From the NCBI GenBank assembly GCA_038087875.1, contig CM075990.1, positions 15,130,001 to 15,194,000 on the forward strand: a DNA stretch of 64,000 nucleotides. Reading direction: 5' to 3'. Positions within the stretch are counted from its first letter, which is position 1. Each line of letters opens with the position of its first letter. The position numbers and the translations under genes were made by a program. The notes under the pieces were generated by a model. That model did not search any database and was not told where the DNA came from. It worked only from the letters and a program-made list of their open reading frames with translations. Origin of the DNA: Malacoraja senta (taxonomy: Eukaryota). Below are positions 1 to 12,382 of this stretch, piece by piece.

Positions 1-3000
1 TAAATGTCTGAATTAAGTGCCCAGTCATACAGATGTTTGTAATGATGTATCTAAATCCTAATCAGAACTCCACCATCCCTGGGTCAGGTAGATTATAAAA
101 ACCTGTTGTTTTCCCTTGTTCTTTGAAATAATAGAGTCACTAATCTACTTGATCTGCATGAATTAGTTTAAGAAGAAAGCGAGTCATGCATACATTTCAA
201 AGATGGAAGGTACTTATAGAAGCAATTTCTTAGGGGGGGAAATACTGCAAGGACTGCTGAAAACTTTTAATAAGTACTAATTACCACAGCAGAAATTGTT
301 AGAGGCTTCAATGGATTTATGTCGCTGAATGAAAGATCAAAGATTGTAGGACTAGTATTTTAATCTGTTGGCTAAAAAATATGAAGAAGATGGTGGTAAT
401 GGGGCCCATGAGATTGACAACACAGGTGGCAGGGACTTTAATCCCTACTTTGCTGCAAAGGTCTCAGTCTACTCTCACTTAATACAATCAGCCATTTTTA
501 TTTCAACTTCATGTTCAAATATTGAGATTTTTGCTCTTGCCTAAAGGAGTGTGAGTGCAGGTAGCGATAGGAAAAGCCTTTGATTTGGCATTGATGTCTA
601 ACTTCTGAAATGGTGCTTTGTTGGTTTAAAGTGCTTATCTGTGAGATGTATGGAGGAGCAGGGAAATGGGTGAGGCGTGGATTGCTTTGATGTGGTCTTG
701 ATGCAGGGAGTGGCTGAATAAGGGGTCATTGGCATAGTTGCATCAATGACATCCATCAAATGCGATTGATCAGAAGAAGTAGAAGTGACAGATGCTTAAT
801 GATAATTTAGTGTGGTATTTTGACATTCAAACAGACTGTCAATAGTAATGCTGCCTTATCTGTAGGAACAAGCTCGACCAAATGTAAGGGGACAGTTTAT
901 GAAATGGAGCAAATCTGCAGATGCAGCGTTTTGAGTCGAATCACTAAATTAAAGGTTCACTTGGTAAGAATATTACACATTTTTCAAGAAGATATCAAGT
1001 TGTGCCGGCAATGACTCCCATCCTTGGGAGCATGGTGTAAAGGGTCAGAAAATTAAACTGACAGTCCCGATCAGGTTGGTCAAAAGCAATGTTAGAAACA
1101 AAGTTGGTAAGAGCCCAGGTCAAGCCGCGTTCTAAAGTCAGTCTTGTCAAAAGACTCAGTCACATTCATACCTACAGGCAACCTCTGCTGATCCTGAGTC
1201 ATTAATCAAACTGCAGAGCCAGTCTGACCCTGGCTCCTTCCCTTTGAAGTGTGGTGTCCTTTCCAGCATGAGGAAATAATTTGCTGCCTGATTCAATGAG
1301 CCATCAGTGGAGCCAGCAGACCTAATGACATGTGAGAATATTAACCTCCTACCACGAAGGGCTGTGAATCTTGAGAGGCAGTCTATAATTCACCCAGTGC
1401 TCTCGGAGGCACTCTGTCTCACAGCCTCTGTGACAGAACTTTGTTTTTATTCCGACTTCCTTCTCATCCTGAAACTTTGCCGACAAGATTTTACAGTTGA
1501 TCTAAATCTCCCTTCTTTTCTCACATCTCATTTCAACTGCCGTCTCTTGCTTCTGCACTTTTATTAAGTTTATTAAAACCAGTTGAATCCCACTTTTTTT
1601 ATATAGCAGGCCTCTGTTTGCCCATTCATTATGTTCTCTTATCTTGGCAGGCAATCAGAACTGAAAGGCAGCTAGTCCATTATGCACATATGAAGCCCAT
1701 CACTCCTTCAGCTTTTGCCAATTCATCAAACATTTATCATTTGCCCTCTGAACAGCATGTCAATTTGCCTGTCACTCCCAAGTCTGTGCTGCTTTGTTTG
1801 AATCTAAACATTGCCTTTTCACACTGGTGTTGTGGACCTATCCTTATAACACAGTCCCCACCACCCTCCTCCCCCTCCGCCCCCCCCCACAAACGTCTCC
1901 CCAACTCCCTTCAAAAGAAAGCCGCCTTGGTTCTCAGCGGGCAGCCAGTCGCCACCGCGTGTTGTATGCTACATTTCTGTAAGATAATGAGGGTGAAGTG
2001 TGAGCCATAGGCAATGATTCTGGGATATTAGCGGTGACAGAGAGCTTGATCATAATTATCTTAACGAGGATAGGGTTAATTACAGTGGAAACTTAAAAGT
2101 TCTTTCCATTTGAGTCAGGCAGAAGGAAATGCATTTTGATGTTTTGTCATCTTGATGTGACTTTGGAAATTGCAATGTAAATCTCTCGGCTGCGTTGGGA
2201 TTCCTTTGGGAGTGTGCTGAGCCCTGCAGTGAGGTAAAGGAGATGGTACCTGTGGGTGAGATAATGGGCAGTTGCAGGTCATTAGAGCCGTGTAATAGGT
2301 AAACACAGTAGGCGTCGTGACATTGTTCATCAGCTTTAAACAAAACTACGGGGAAAAAAACACCGACTGCTGAGCATAACTATTCAATTTGCTATTTGTT
2401 TCAAGCGTGGGGTGGGAAAGTGTGTACAAAAAACATTAAGAAGCAGAAGACATTTAAATAAGAGCCACATTTCAACGCCCTCTGTCCCTTCCTTCCCAAC
2501 CCCTCCTCCTCCCCCCCCCCCCCCCCCCCCGACCGTCCCCTTTGTGCCTACACTTGTAAATTTCACTGATTAAATCACACAGTGCACATCATGCTGATGA
2601 CAAGAAAAACAGCAATTAATAAGCAAGCCCTTGTGTGATGCAGCTACTTTTTTTTAAAAGACTGAGCAGTTAATAACATTACATGGCAAAATTATCAAAA
2701 TCAGACAGGTGTAAGGGGATTTGTGCAGAAATTTTCTCTGCCTGTTTCTGAAACTAAATCAGGCTTTAGTAGTGAGTGGGTCTGTTTCAATGGGCAACTC
2801 CCTCTAGTGTTCCAGACTCTTTGTCCCACTTCATGGTCTGTCATTTTGTTTAATGCATCCCCTGAAGCGTTTAGATGTGTGTGTGTGTTTTTTTTCCTGT
2901 TTGCCAGTTGCAATCCATTTGCTGATTCTCATGATTAGAATTTTCTATTTATACACCATTATTCAAAAACAACGTTTGCCATTGTTAAATATACCAGACA

Positions 3001-3655
3001 CCGGCTGTTTTTCTCTTCCCCCTCCCCGCAAATCTACTAGTTCCCTGACAGGCTTCCCAGGTACAGAGGAGTAAACCGCGCGCAGATCTTGGGGGCAGTT
3101 GGCAGCTGAGATTTTTTTTTGGGTTGAAGCGCAAGCCCCATATGATAAATATCACGTTTAATTTTATTCCTTCATCCCTTCAGATTGCACAGTGGTCACA
3201 TCTGAGCGTGATGGCAAACCTATATTCATTAGCTGCACCAGAATATAATATTTGGACTGAATGATGGATGACAACTTAAATTTGTGTTGAGGGAATGAAG
3301 GTGAACTGTGACAGAGTTATTTATCTTGGGAATGAAGGTTTGGGTCAATGGAGGCTGGGTGCCTCAAGGCACAAGACATTGACAAATTCATCCTCCAGGC
3401 CCCATATCTGAAGCCTTTTGTTTTAGATCCTGGCTACTCACTAAGTGACCCCCATTCTTCATTCTGCCAGTGTGTGAAAAATGTGAGCCTGAGCCAGTGT
3501 TCCCTCTGCCACTAATTCTTGTCATTCACTGGCTTGTCAAGTCCGAACTTAAACTTTCCAGCTTGTGAAAGGGAAGGTTGAAATATTTATTTCCGTGGAT
3601 AATGGTCTTCCTGATTTAGTAGCATATCATTTTTCCTGTTCTCTTATTGTCTCAG

Positions 3656-3782
3656 GTCACTAGAAGGACTTGAAGAATTTGTCTGCCTGGAAGAACTAAT
3701 CCTGGACAACAATCTTCTCAGAAGTGACCTACAGTTGCCTAGGTTACCATACCTTCATACCCTGACGATCAACAAGAACCAA
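3656..3782 (+). CDS. LRMDA: LRMDA internal coding exon (leucine-rich repeat region)
   Basis: Pyrimidine tract and CAG acceptor (3653-3655). 127 nt reading (R)[42 protein letters not shown], matching vertebrate LRMDA as I recall it ([30 protein letters not shown]). Ends at U12 donor ATATCCTTT. Confidence 0.95.
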
Positions 3783-4913
3783 ATATCCTTTGCACAGTGG
3801 TGTTGTAAATTATGTAGCAACTAATTTGAAGGGAATCATTTGAAATTTTGTTTATGCACAAGTCTGTTCCCTTGAATGAGGGGCAGGCCAGAAGTTATTT
3901 AGCAGCACCGATCCAAATCTTGTTCGGAATTCCCTTGAAAGCATTAAGGATGGTGGGGAGGTGGGGCAGAGGAAGGGGGAAGGAATAAAATCAGATTTTA
4001 AAGGAAGATGGGGAAAGGTTTGTCCTGGATGGAAGAGGGCCCTCTGCTGGAATAATTATTCAACATGATAGAATCAGGCCCTTGGAAACTGTTAAATGAG
4101 GGGGGAAAAAAACAAATAACTGGCAGGGTTGGGTGTAAATAGTGTTTACTGCGATGCATTTTTTAATCAAATTGAGATAAATACAATTTGGAATGGTGTT
4201 CTAAAGTACGTGTATGCAGCATCTCATGAATAATTCTTAAAGGACTGACAAAGTTAATGATGTGTTTGGATAAATTCACATTAACCCACACTTTTTCTGC
4301 ATACTAAGTTAAACACTATGTATTGTAAGATTTCTGGGCAAGGTCTTATAATATGTGCATGGAAAGTGGGGTACTGACAAGCTTTTAAATCAAAATCTTA
4401 GAGTGAAAGTGCAGAAACAATGTATCTTGCAATTTACCGGAGACATAATTCTGACTATACTAACATCTTAACCCAACGTTTATGTTCTTGGGGCAAAATG
4501 GCTGTTAATGTTTGCCACTGTGGACTCCTTTTACATTGGCTTGAATATATTCATGATGGATGTAGTGTGAAGTGGCTGTTTGTTTCCTCGTTGGAAAAGT
4601 TTCAGTTTCAACAATTGCTTACCATTTGGCCACACAACATCCATCATTTTGTCAAAGTTTTAAATGTTTGGGACTGAATCACCTTTGAAAGAAAGTGAGT
4701 GAACTAAAAGGAGGCAGATTCTTTCAATATATGCCAACATTCTGACATATGTTAGCAGTGAATTGCCCTTCAACAATAACTTTGACAAGTCCTGAGTGCA
4801 GTAGTAAATTTGATTGCCAGCCCCTGATGTAAATTATTTTTTTACCTATGACTGCTTCTTTATAAATGCCTTTTCATTAATGTGATTGAATCCTTAACCA
4901 TAACCTTTGACAC
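3783..4913 (+). other. U12-type (minor spliceosome) AT-AC intron
   Basis: 5' end ATATCCTTT (3783-3791), branch point TCCTTAAC (4891-4898), terminal AC (4912-4913). Removal gives an uninterrupted LRMDA frame (...NKNQ|ITEL...). Confidence 0.95.
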
Positions 4914-5053
4914 ATAACTGAATTAGACAGCCTTTTGGATCATTTGGCTGAAGTAGTCCCTTCACTTAAGTACCTCAGCCTCCTTGGAAATATAGCCTGT
5001 CCCAATGAACTTGTTAGCTTGGACAACGATGAAAGTGACTATCAACGATACAG
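4914..5053 (+). CDS. LRMDA: LRMDA internal coding exon (LRR / LRR cap)
   Basis: Follows U12 branch point TCCTTAAC and AC acceptor. 140 nt reading [46 protein letters not shown](R). GT donor at 5054. In frame with both neighbouring exons. Confidence 0.95.
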
Positions 5054-5799
5054 GTCAGTTTTGCTTGCTGCTAAGAAATTTGGTGTAGTTACTCATTTCA
5101 GATAAATGTCTTCCACTTATTTGCAGCTGATTTGCATTTATCAAGTACTATTCTTTATTGGCTTAATGTTCTTTAACTAGCAGGCACATTTATTCATAAT
5201 GTACCAGTTAGTAATCACTTAAATGATTAAAGTAACTTCAGGAAGTTGTTCAGCAGTTCATTTAGAACTCAAAAAGACATGTGACTGACATCCTTTGCAG
5301 TCCGTGATATAATATTTATAATATGTAACATAGAGCAATAGTTCAGAAGGAATATATCTAAGATATTGCGATTAATAATAAACATTGTACTTTGGACTTG
5401 CTTAAGTGTAAAAAGTGTTCCGAATCTTTTTTGCTTAAATCACAGTTGGACTGTGGTGTTTGTTTTAATACAGGAGGTAAAAATGTGTTCCAAAATTTGA
5501 ATTCACTGACAAAAAACAGATGTGGTATAAATCTATTTAATCAGCATTTCTGCTTTGTAAATTATGTTTTTATATGACCTATATTGGGCCTATATCCAGT
5601 GAAATTTGTATTAACCTGTTAGAATTTTGTGTTAAGGTAATGTCCTCTTGATAGTCATCTGTATCATCACAATCTGCAATGCCTGAGAAGAAACTGAAAA
5701 CAAATGTATCTACATTTTACTTTGATATTCTCCTTCTTTTCTTGCCACTGCTGGTCACCTTTATTTTGTGCACAATTACCAGACCATCACCATATTTTA

Positions 5800-6140
5800 G
5801 CTGAATGTGGAGAGGATGTTTCCACTAGTGGGAGAGTCCAAGACCAGAGGCCATAGCTTCAGAATAAAAGGACGTTCCTTGAGTAAGATGAGGAGGAATT
5901 TCTTCAGTAAGAAGTTGGTGAATCTGTGGAATTCATTGCGGCAGAAGTCTGTGGAGGTCAAGTCAATGGATATTTTTAAGGCAGAGATTGACAAATTCTT
6001 GATTAGTGTGGGTGTCAGGGGTTATGGAGAGAAGGCAGGAGAATGGGATTGAGAGGGAAAGGTGGGTCAGCCACGATTGAATGGCAGAGTAGACTTGTTG
6101 GGCTGAATGACCTAATTCTTCTCCTATAACATATGAACAT
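5800..6140 (+). mobile_element. CR1/HER1-like LINE 3' fragment
   Basis: Translates ERMFPLVGESKTRGHSFRIKGR...RRNFFS..VNLWNSL, the CR1-clade ORF2 C-terminus, followed by a 3' UTR that recurs many times in the window. Confidence 0.85.
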
Positions 6141-6758
6141 GAAATATTACTGTTTATCCCAAGAACCCACTCTTTTAAATGCAACAGGATTTAAGTCCTG
6201 AAGAATGTCATATGCAAATTATTTTATCTTTCTTGTGACCATCAGGAGGTTTCGATTTTCTCCATCAACAAAAATTAACTGCCTAAAATCTCAGTCAGTT
6301 ATAGTTGTAAGCTGCAACTTACAACTCCAGGTTGTTTTGCTGGGTTTGCTCATTTTATGTTAAAGGTAGCATATTAAAAATTGGTTTCAGGATTCCCGCA
6401 GTTATGTCCGGGGAAGTCAGCCAGGATTCCTTATTTTCGATTGCTGTTTGATATCGGTGCCAACTCCTGTGGTAGCAGTTACTAGGAGAGACCTTGGGTG
6501 GACCATCTGGCTGTGGGTGAATAGCTGGCTGAGGCAATCCTGGCTGTCACTTGACTAATGACCATGGAGGCAAACTCTGAATGATATCTCACACCTGCGG
6601 AGATACAGTGAAGTGTGGGAGAACTGCAGGGAGAGGAAAGTACCAGTGGAAAGAGAAAAGTGTTCAACATTACGAGAGAAAGTGGAACTTGATATCCATA
6701 TTGAAAATTATTTTAAGAGGCATTTAGACAGGCAGGAAATATGAAGTGTAGAGACCAT

Positions 6759-6856
6759 AGATAGACACAAAATGCTGGAGTACCTCAGTGAGTCATGCAG
6801 CATCTCCAGAGAAAATGGATAGGTGACATTTTGGATTGAGACTCTTCTTCAGACTG
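6759..6856 (-). mobile_element. Degenerate PLE-derived hammerhead-motif mini-element inside a CR1 tail
   Basis: Reverse complement of the family unit (CTGAAGAAG...GATGCTGC...CTCCAGCATTTTGTGTCTAT), flanked by CR1 3' sequence. Confidence 0.7.
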
Positions 6857-7481
6857 TCATGGGAAGGAAGGCCATTGGAGTAAATACCATATTCAGTTTA
6901 AATTGGTATCAAGGTCTGCACAGATACCATGGGCTGAAGGGTCTGTTTTTGTGCTGTAATGTTCTATGTTATGTTTTCTGATCATCATTTTTCTGAGAGT
7001 GGTTATATGTGAATTTTCAGTTTTGACAAAATCCCCACCGAGCAGATAATGGGAGAATATAAGAGGGAAGAAATTAAGAGGACAGTTATAAATTGCACTT
7101 AAAAAACGGCAAGAGACTAGAAATTGAGGGCATTTTCTCCAAGAGGAATGGTATGATGAACTTTGTCCATGATGACCAATTCTGAAACCATTTCTGTTCA
7201 ATATCAGTATCAATAGCTTGACAGGTTTAGAAATTTGAAGGCAATATCACAACAGTAAGGACCGAAGGAGCTTTAAAAAAAGAGGCACCCAAATTTCACT
7301 TATTAAATATGTGCTGATTTATTTCACCAAATAAAAAGTTGAATGTATACTCGATTAAAAGAGTAGATGAAATTTTGAGTTTTATCTATTTAGGAAATTA
7401 TAACCAGAAATGGAAATGAGTAGAATGACCACAAAATACTGTTAATAAACATCCTAAGCTATTTGACCATTTAAGGCGTAT

Positions 7482-7795
7482 GGGTGGCACAGAGGTGTAA
7501 CAGTAGAGCCACTGCTACAGCGTCAGAGACCCGGGTTCGATCCTGACTACGGGTGCTGCCTGTACGGAGTTTGAATGTTCTCTTCGTGACCTGCGGAGTT
7601 TTCTCCGAAATCTTCAGTTTCCTCCCACACTCCAAAGACGTACAGGTTTGTAGATTAATTGGTGTGGTATAAATGTAAATTGTCCCTAGTGTGTGTAGGA
7701 TAGTGTTAGGGTGCGGAGATCGCTGGTCGGCGTGGACTCGAGGGGCCCTAGGGCCTATTTCCGCGCTGTATCTCTAAAGTAAACTAATCTAAACT
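7482..7795 (+). mobile_element. tRNA-derived HE1/V-SINE
   Basis: B box GGTTCGATCC, V-domain core (GGAGTTTG..GTTCTC...TTTCCTCCCACACTCCAAAGACGT), CR1-like tail, (CTAAA)n end. Confidence 0.85.
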
Positions 7796-8635
7796 ATTTT
7801 ACACCTGGATATTTGCTCTCAAAAAACTATTGGCCCATAATTGAATGTTCCAGATAGCTGGGCTCCCTCAGTACTATTACTTCGCATCAGTACCACCGTG
7901 TTCTGCAAGTTACGTTGTCAAGGATTTATTAAAAGGAAGGTAGTTTTGTTAATTAATTGGTAAATTGCTCCCTCCAATGCTTCTAGCCTCTGCTGAGTCA
8001 TGGAAACAAACCCCCCCCCCCCCCCATATCAGTTCGTTGTAACTGAACACGCACGCTCTGTTCTGCCACAGCAGAGACCCAATAGACAAAGCCACTTGAT
8101 ATCAGTTAAAGGAGATGGTTTTGTTGGTTCTAATTGATTCCCCAAATACTTTAAGCAGTACTGATGGGCTGTGCTTGATGCTGAATGATCTATTAAAGGG
8201 TATTATTGCACTGGGGGCCTTAATTAAAAGCATTAAGCTTTGCAGAAGTGTACAGGTTGAACATAATATGGAATTATTCTGCAACACATTGCTTGAAAAA
8301 GTAATAAAACTCCAATGAGAATAATTGGACAATGCTTAAAGCAACTCATAAGTGCTTGGCCTGTAGTTGAACAGCAGTTTCCAAAATATCCTTAAATTGG
8401 GACAGGAGAAGAATGATCATTGTAGTCATGAGTGTTTTATCGAGACGATATCCATGCAAAAAGTGAGCAGTCTTTATGAGATTGGCGATGAGCCATATTC
8501 GGTGAATGGTGTTAAAGTGCATGAAGAACACACAGCAGTACAGCAAAAGAACAGGCCTTTTGGCTGAAAATGTCTGTGCTGATAATAAAGATTCGAGCAA
8601 AAGTTAAAGTGCTGGAGGTACTGGGCCAGGCAGCA

Positions 8636-8815
8636 TAGACATAGAAACATAGAAAATAGGTGCAGGAGGAGGCCATTCGGCCCTTCAAGCCAGCACCGCC
8701 ATTCATTGTGATCATGGCTGATCGTCCCCTATCAATAACCCGTGCCTGCCTTCTCCCCATATCCCTTGACCCCACTAGCACCTAGAGCTCTATCTAGCTC
8801 TCTCTTAAATCCATC
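8636..8815 (-). mobile_element. CR1-like LINE 3' end
   Basis: Starts with (CATAGAAA) repeat tail; reverse complement of the CR1 3' UTR seen at 14940-15170 and 40800-40980. Confidence 0.8.
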
Positions 8816-9010
8816 TGTGGTTTATTGATGGTGAAAAACCATCATAACTATCCACTTGTTACACTATTGCTCATTCAGTGAAGAAGGATCCCGACTCAAA
8901 ACATCGCCTGTCCATTCGCTCCAGCTGATGCTGTCTCAATCGATTTGTTTCTCCGGCACCTTGTTTCTTTGCTCAGGATTCCAGCATTTCCAGCATTTCC
9001 AGCATCTTGA

Positions 9011-9262
9011 TAGTAAGTAAGTAAGTAAGTAAGTAAGTTTATTGGCCAAGTATTCACATACAAGGAATTTGCCTTGGTGCTCCGCCCACAAGTAACAACA
9101 TGACATACGGTGACAGTTACGAATGACTCAGAAAACACTAAATATTAATAATAATAAAACATTAATGATAAAACACCATTGATCAAGCTTGTGAACCAAC
9201 AAAATACCAGATCAAAGGGAGGCAGCAGATTTTTGGCTATTGAGTAGAGCAACTACTCGTGG
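9011..9262 (-). mobile_element. Non-LTR retrotransposon 3' tail (Rex1/Babar- or L2-like)
   Basis: Minus strand ends ...AAATTCCTTGTATGTGAATACTTGGCCAATAAA followed by an (ACTT)n microsatellite tail. Confidence 0.6.
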
Positions 9263-9805
9263 GTACATGGACCAAGTTGCCAGAGGAGGTAGTTTAGGCA
9301 GGTACTTTAACAACGTTTAAAAGACATTTGGACATGTATATGGATAGCAAAGGTTTAGAGGGATACGGGCCAGATGCTGGCAGGTAGGACTAGTGTAGCG
9401 AAGGCATCTTGGTTGGCATGGTCAAGTTGGCTGAAGGGCTTGTTTCCAAGCTGTATGTTTCAATAACCCTACCACTCTCTCTCCATGTAGATTTACCTTA
9501 TAATAATTATCTAATAATTATCAGAACCTGGTCAGGCAGCAGTGGAAGGAATGGATGTGTCTGAATAAGGGTCCCGACCAGAAACGTCAACATTTGAAAG
9601 GGGAGCACATGAAAGAGCTACCAAGATTCCAGATTTTGATTAAAAAAACCAAGTGCAATGAAACATAAACTGATCACAGAGATCTGGGAGTATCTTGAAA
9701 TGCATGAAATCTTGAAATGCGACCCGTAGGAAGGTTCCAAGTGAAAGGACATTTAGAAACTCCTTCATATGGGGATTATAAGTTGAAGTTAAAGCTGTTA
9801 GTCGG

Positions 9806-10023
9806 GATAGACATAAAATGCTGGAGTAACTCAGCGGGACAGGCAGCATCTCTGGATAGAAGGAATGGGTGATGTTTCGGGTCGAGACCCTTTGTCAGAC
9901 TCAATGTCTCGACCCGAAACATTGCCCATTCCTTCTATCCAGAGATGCTGCCTGTCCCGCTGAGTTACTCCAGCCATTTGGATCTATCTTTGGTTTAAAC
10001 AAGCATCTACAGTTCCTTCCTAC
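9806..10023. mobile_element. Fold-back PLE-derived hammerhead-motif element (subfamily B)
   Basis: Inverted arms of about 80 bp (CTGGAGTAACTCAGCGGGACAGGCAGCATCTC / GAGATGCTGCCTGTCCCGCTGAGTTACTCCAG) with stem-II motif GTCTCGACCCGAAAC. Confidence 0.8.
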
Positions 10024-10329
10024 AGCTGTTCGTCAGGACATTGATTTGTTTAGAGATTGGTTGGGTGGCAGAAAGCAAGCAACCTCCCCATTGTCTTTGC
10101 TCTCTAATGGTCAGGGGTTTAGCAAGGAACTGTTTTGGGGCCAAGGTGATTCACTGATTTAAAAACAAACTCAAAATGATGGGAGAGGAAACGACCAATG
10201 TAAGATTATTGATAGCACCAAAGTAGGCAGCATGGCATGTGGCGTTCATGGAAATGTTAACTTAAAAATATTAATAAACTAACTGCATGAACAAAACTGT
10301 GACAAGTGGATTTCAATGTCTGAGATATG

Positions 10330-10525
10330 AAGCAAAACACCAAATGCTGGAATGACTCAGTGGGTCAGTTAACATCTGTGGAGGGAATGGACAAGTGGTG
10401 TTTTGGGTCGGGACCCTTATTCAGACCCATCTAGTCCCTCCACCAAAACTGCCTGACCCACTGAGTTTCTCCAACACCTTGTGTGTTCGCTCAAGATTCC
10501 AGCATCTGCAGTTTTCTGTGTCTCT
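10330..10525. mobile_element. Older fold-back PLE-derived element
   Basis: Degenerate inverted arms of the same family, ending CCAGCATCTGCAGTT. Confidence 0.65.
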
Positions 10526-11214
10526 GAAATGTGACATTGCCTTATTGAACCAACGAACAAAATGTGTTCTGAGCAATAAAATGTGAGAAGCAAAGAATGT
10601 CCAAAGAGATTTAAAGGTCCATGCACCTTGATTATGGGCAGGTGGAGAAATTAATGAAAGAGGTTAATAGAATGCTAACCTTATCAAGAGAGTAAGAACT
10701 CAAGGAAGAGAGGTTTAGCAACAGCTGTAGTTAAACTGCACCTGAAGTACAGTCAACATCTTGTTCAATACATCCAAACACTGCTCCCACCTTCCATCAC
10801 AGAAAACATGACCCTGCACCACTTTCAAATTCCAAATTCATCCTTGCTCCAGCCATCAGTCTGTCATTAACCTGCTCAATCGACAGCCGTAGAGATCATC
10901 TGAAGGAGGTATGAAGTTGTTACAAAGCCTACTTAAAACACCAGACCTCAGCCCGAACTAGTAGAATTGGAACCAAATCAAGTAGGGCAAAGTTTTTCAG
11001 CTCTGCCGTATGTATCAAGGTGTGAACAATGTTGGACAACTGAATGACAAATAGATATGCACTGTTAAATGTGTAACCTTGTAATGTGTAACCACCGTGT
11101 AACCTTGAATGCAAAAATCCTAGGGCAGATGCTTGAAAGCATGTGAGATAGGAAAATGCTGCAAGGATTTAATTACTTGCAAGTTCCTGGCTGTGTATCA
11201 TCAAAAGGTACTCT

Positions 11215-11507
11215 TTAGACTTTGGAGATTCAACGTCAAAACAGGCCCTTCAGCCACCGAGTCCGCGCCGACCAGCGATCTCTGCACACTAACACTATCC
11301 TGCACACACACTTGGGGCAATTTTCAGTTTTACCAAGCCACTTAGCCTACAAACCTGTATGCATTTGGAGTGTGGGAGCAAACTGGAGATCCTGGAGAAA
11401 ACCCACACAGGTCACGGGGAGAACGTACGAACTCTGTACACTCAGCACCCGTAGTCAGGATCGAACCCGGGTCTCTTGCACAGTAAGGCAACAACTCTAC
11501 CGTGCCA
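11215..11507 (-). mobile_element. HE1/V-SINE
   Basis: Reverse complement of the SINE; B box seen as GGATCGAACC at about 11458. Confidence 0.85.
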
Positions 11508-12142
11508 TTGTCCAGTTGCTCATGTCCAGTTAGTTTATTTATCTTTATATTAACAGGCAGCTGAATACACTGAACACAGCAAAGGCTGAGGGCCTTGACA
11601 TGTGGACCTACACGCTTCTCCTCCCAAAATGAATCAATTGCAGCAATCATGGCGAATTCGTCATGAGTGTTCTGTTCCCAAAACGTTGGGTAAATCTGAC
11701 CAAATCAGGAACCACCTTCTCAATTTACCCCTGAACATACAAAAATCCACCAGGGAAATCATCAAACAACACTAATTCACCTATAAATTGGTTCATTTTT
11801 GCTTAGCTTGTGTTCTCCCGGGGCCATGAACTAGAATCATCATTATAGTTTTAATCTACCATAAAGCAAATCCAATAATATGGAGGAAAATTAAGAGCAG
11901 CCACACTCAACCTTGTGAAAATGAATGCAAAGCGAAATGCTTGTCATTTGTTTGAACCCCTCATGTGGACACCCCATAAATACGTCCACTTTCCAGCCAT
12001 TTGTGAATGGTAACAATGAATTCACGTTCAAGGCTTGGTCAGGAATGGTACTGTTGTCCACGAATTCCACATTGCACAATTGGAGTCACGTCACTTCCAA
12101 TACGCTCACCTGGCACAGAACCTGGGTAAGATCTCATCTTTA

Positions 12143-12382
12143 GGTACACAAAAATGCTGGAGAAACTCAGCGGGTGCAGCAGCATCTATGGAGCGAAGGA
12201 AATAGGTAACGTTTCGGGCCGAAACCCTTCTTCAGACTGAAAAAACATCAGTCTGAAGAAGGGTTTCGGCCCGAAACGTTACCTATTTCCTTCGCTCCAT
12301 AGATGCTGCTGCACCCGCTGAGTTTCTCCAGCATTTTTGTGTACCTTCGATTTTCCAGCATCTGCAGTTCCTTCTTTAACAC
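12143..12382. mobile_element. Perfect fold-back PLE-derived hammerhead-motif element (subfamily A)
   Basis: Perfect 99 bp inverted repeat (12142-12240 / 12248-12346, 7 nt loop) plus a unique 3' tail. 15 bp TSD AAGATCTCATCTTTA (12128-12142, 12383-12397). Confidence 0.92.

Noticed and set aside
2490..2532. Poly-C tracts (also about 8010, and poly-G at 37860) as functional G-quadruplex elements
   Set aside because: Simple homopolymer runs with no other supporting evidence.
12142..12346. Pre-miRNA or classical DNA-transposon MITE interpretation of the perfect hairpin
   Set aside because: Arms vary in length between copies, TSDs are variable 10-15 bp, one end carries an unpaired tail, and the sequence is linked to PLE ORF remnants, which points to retrotransposition.
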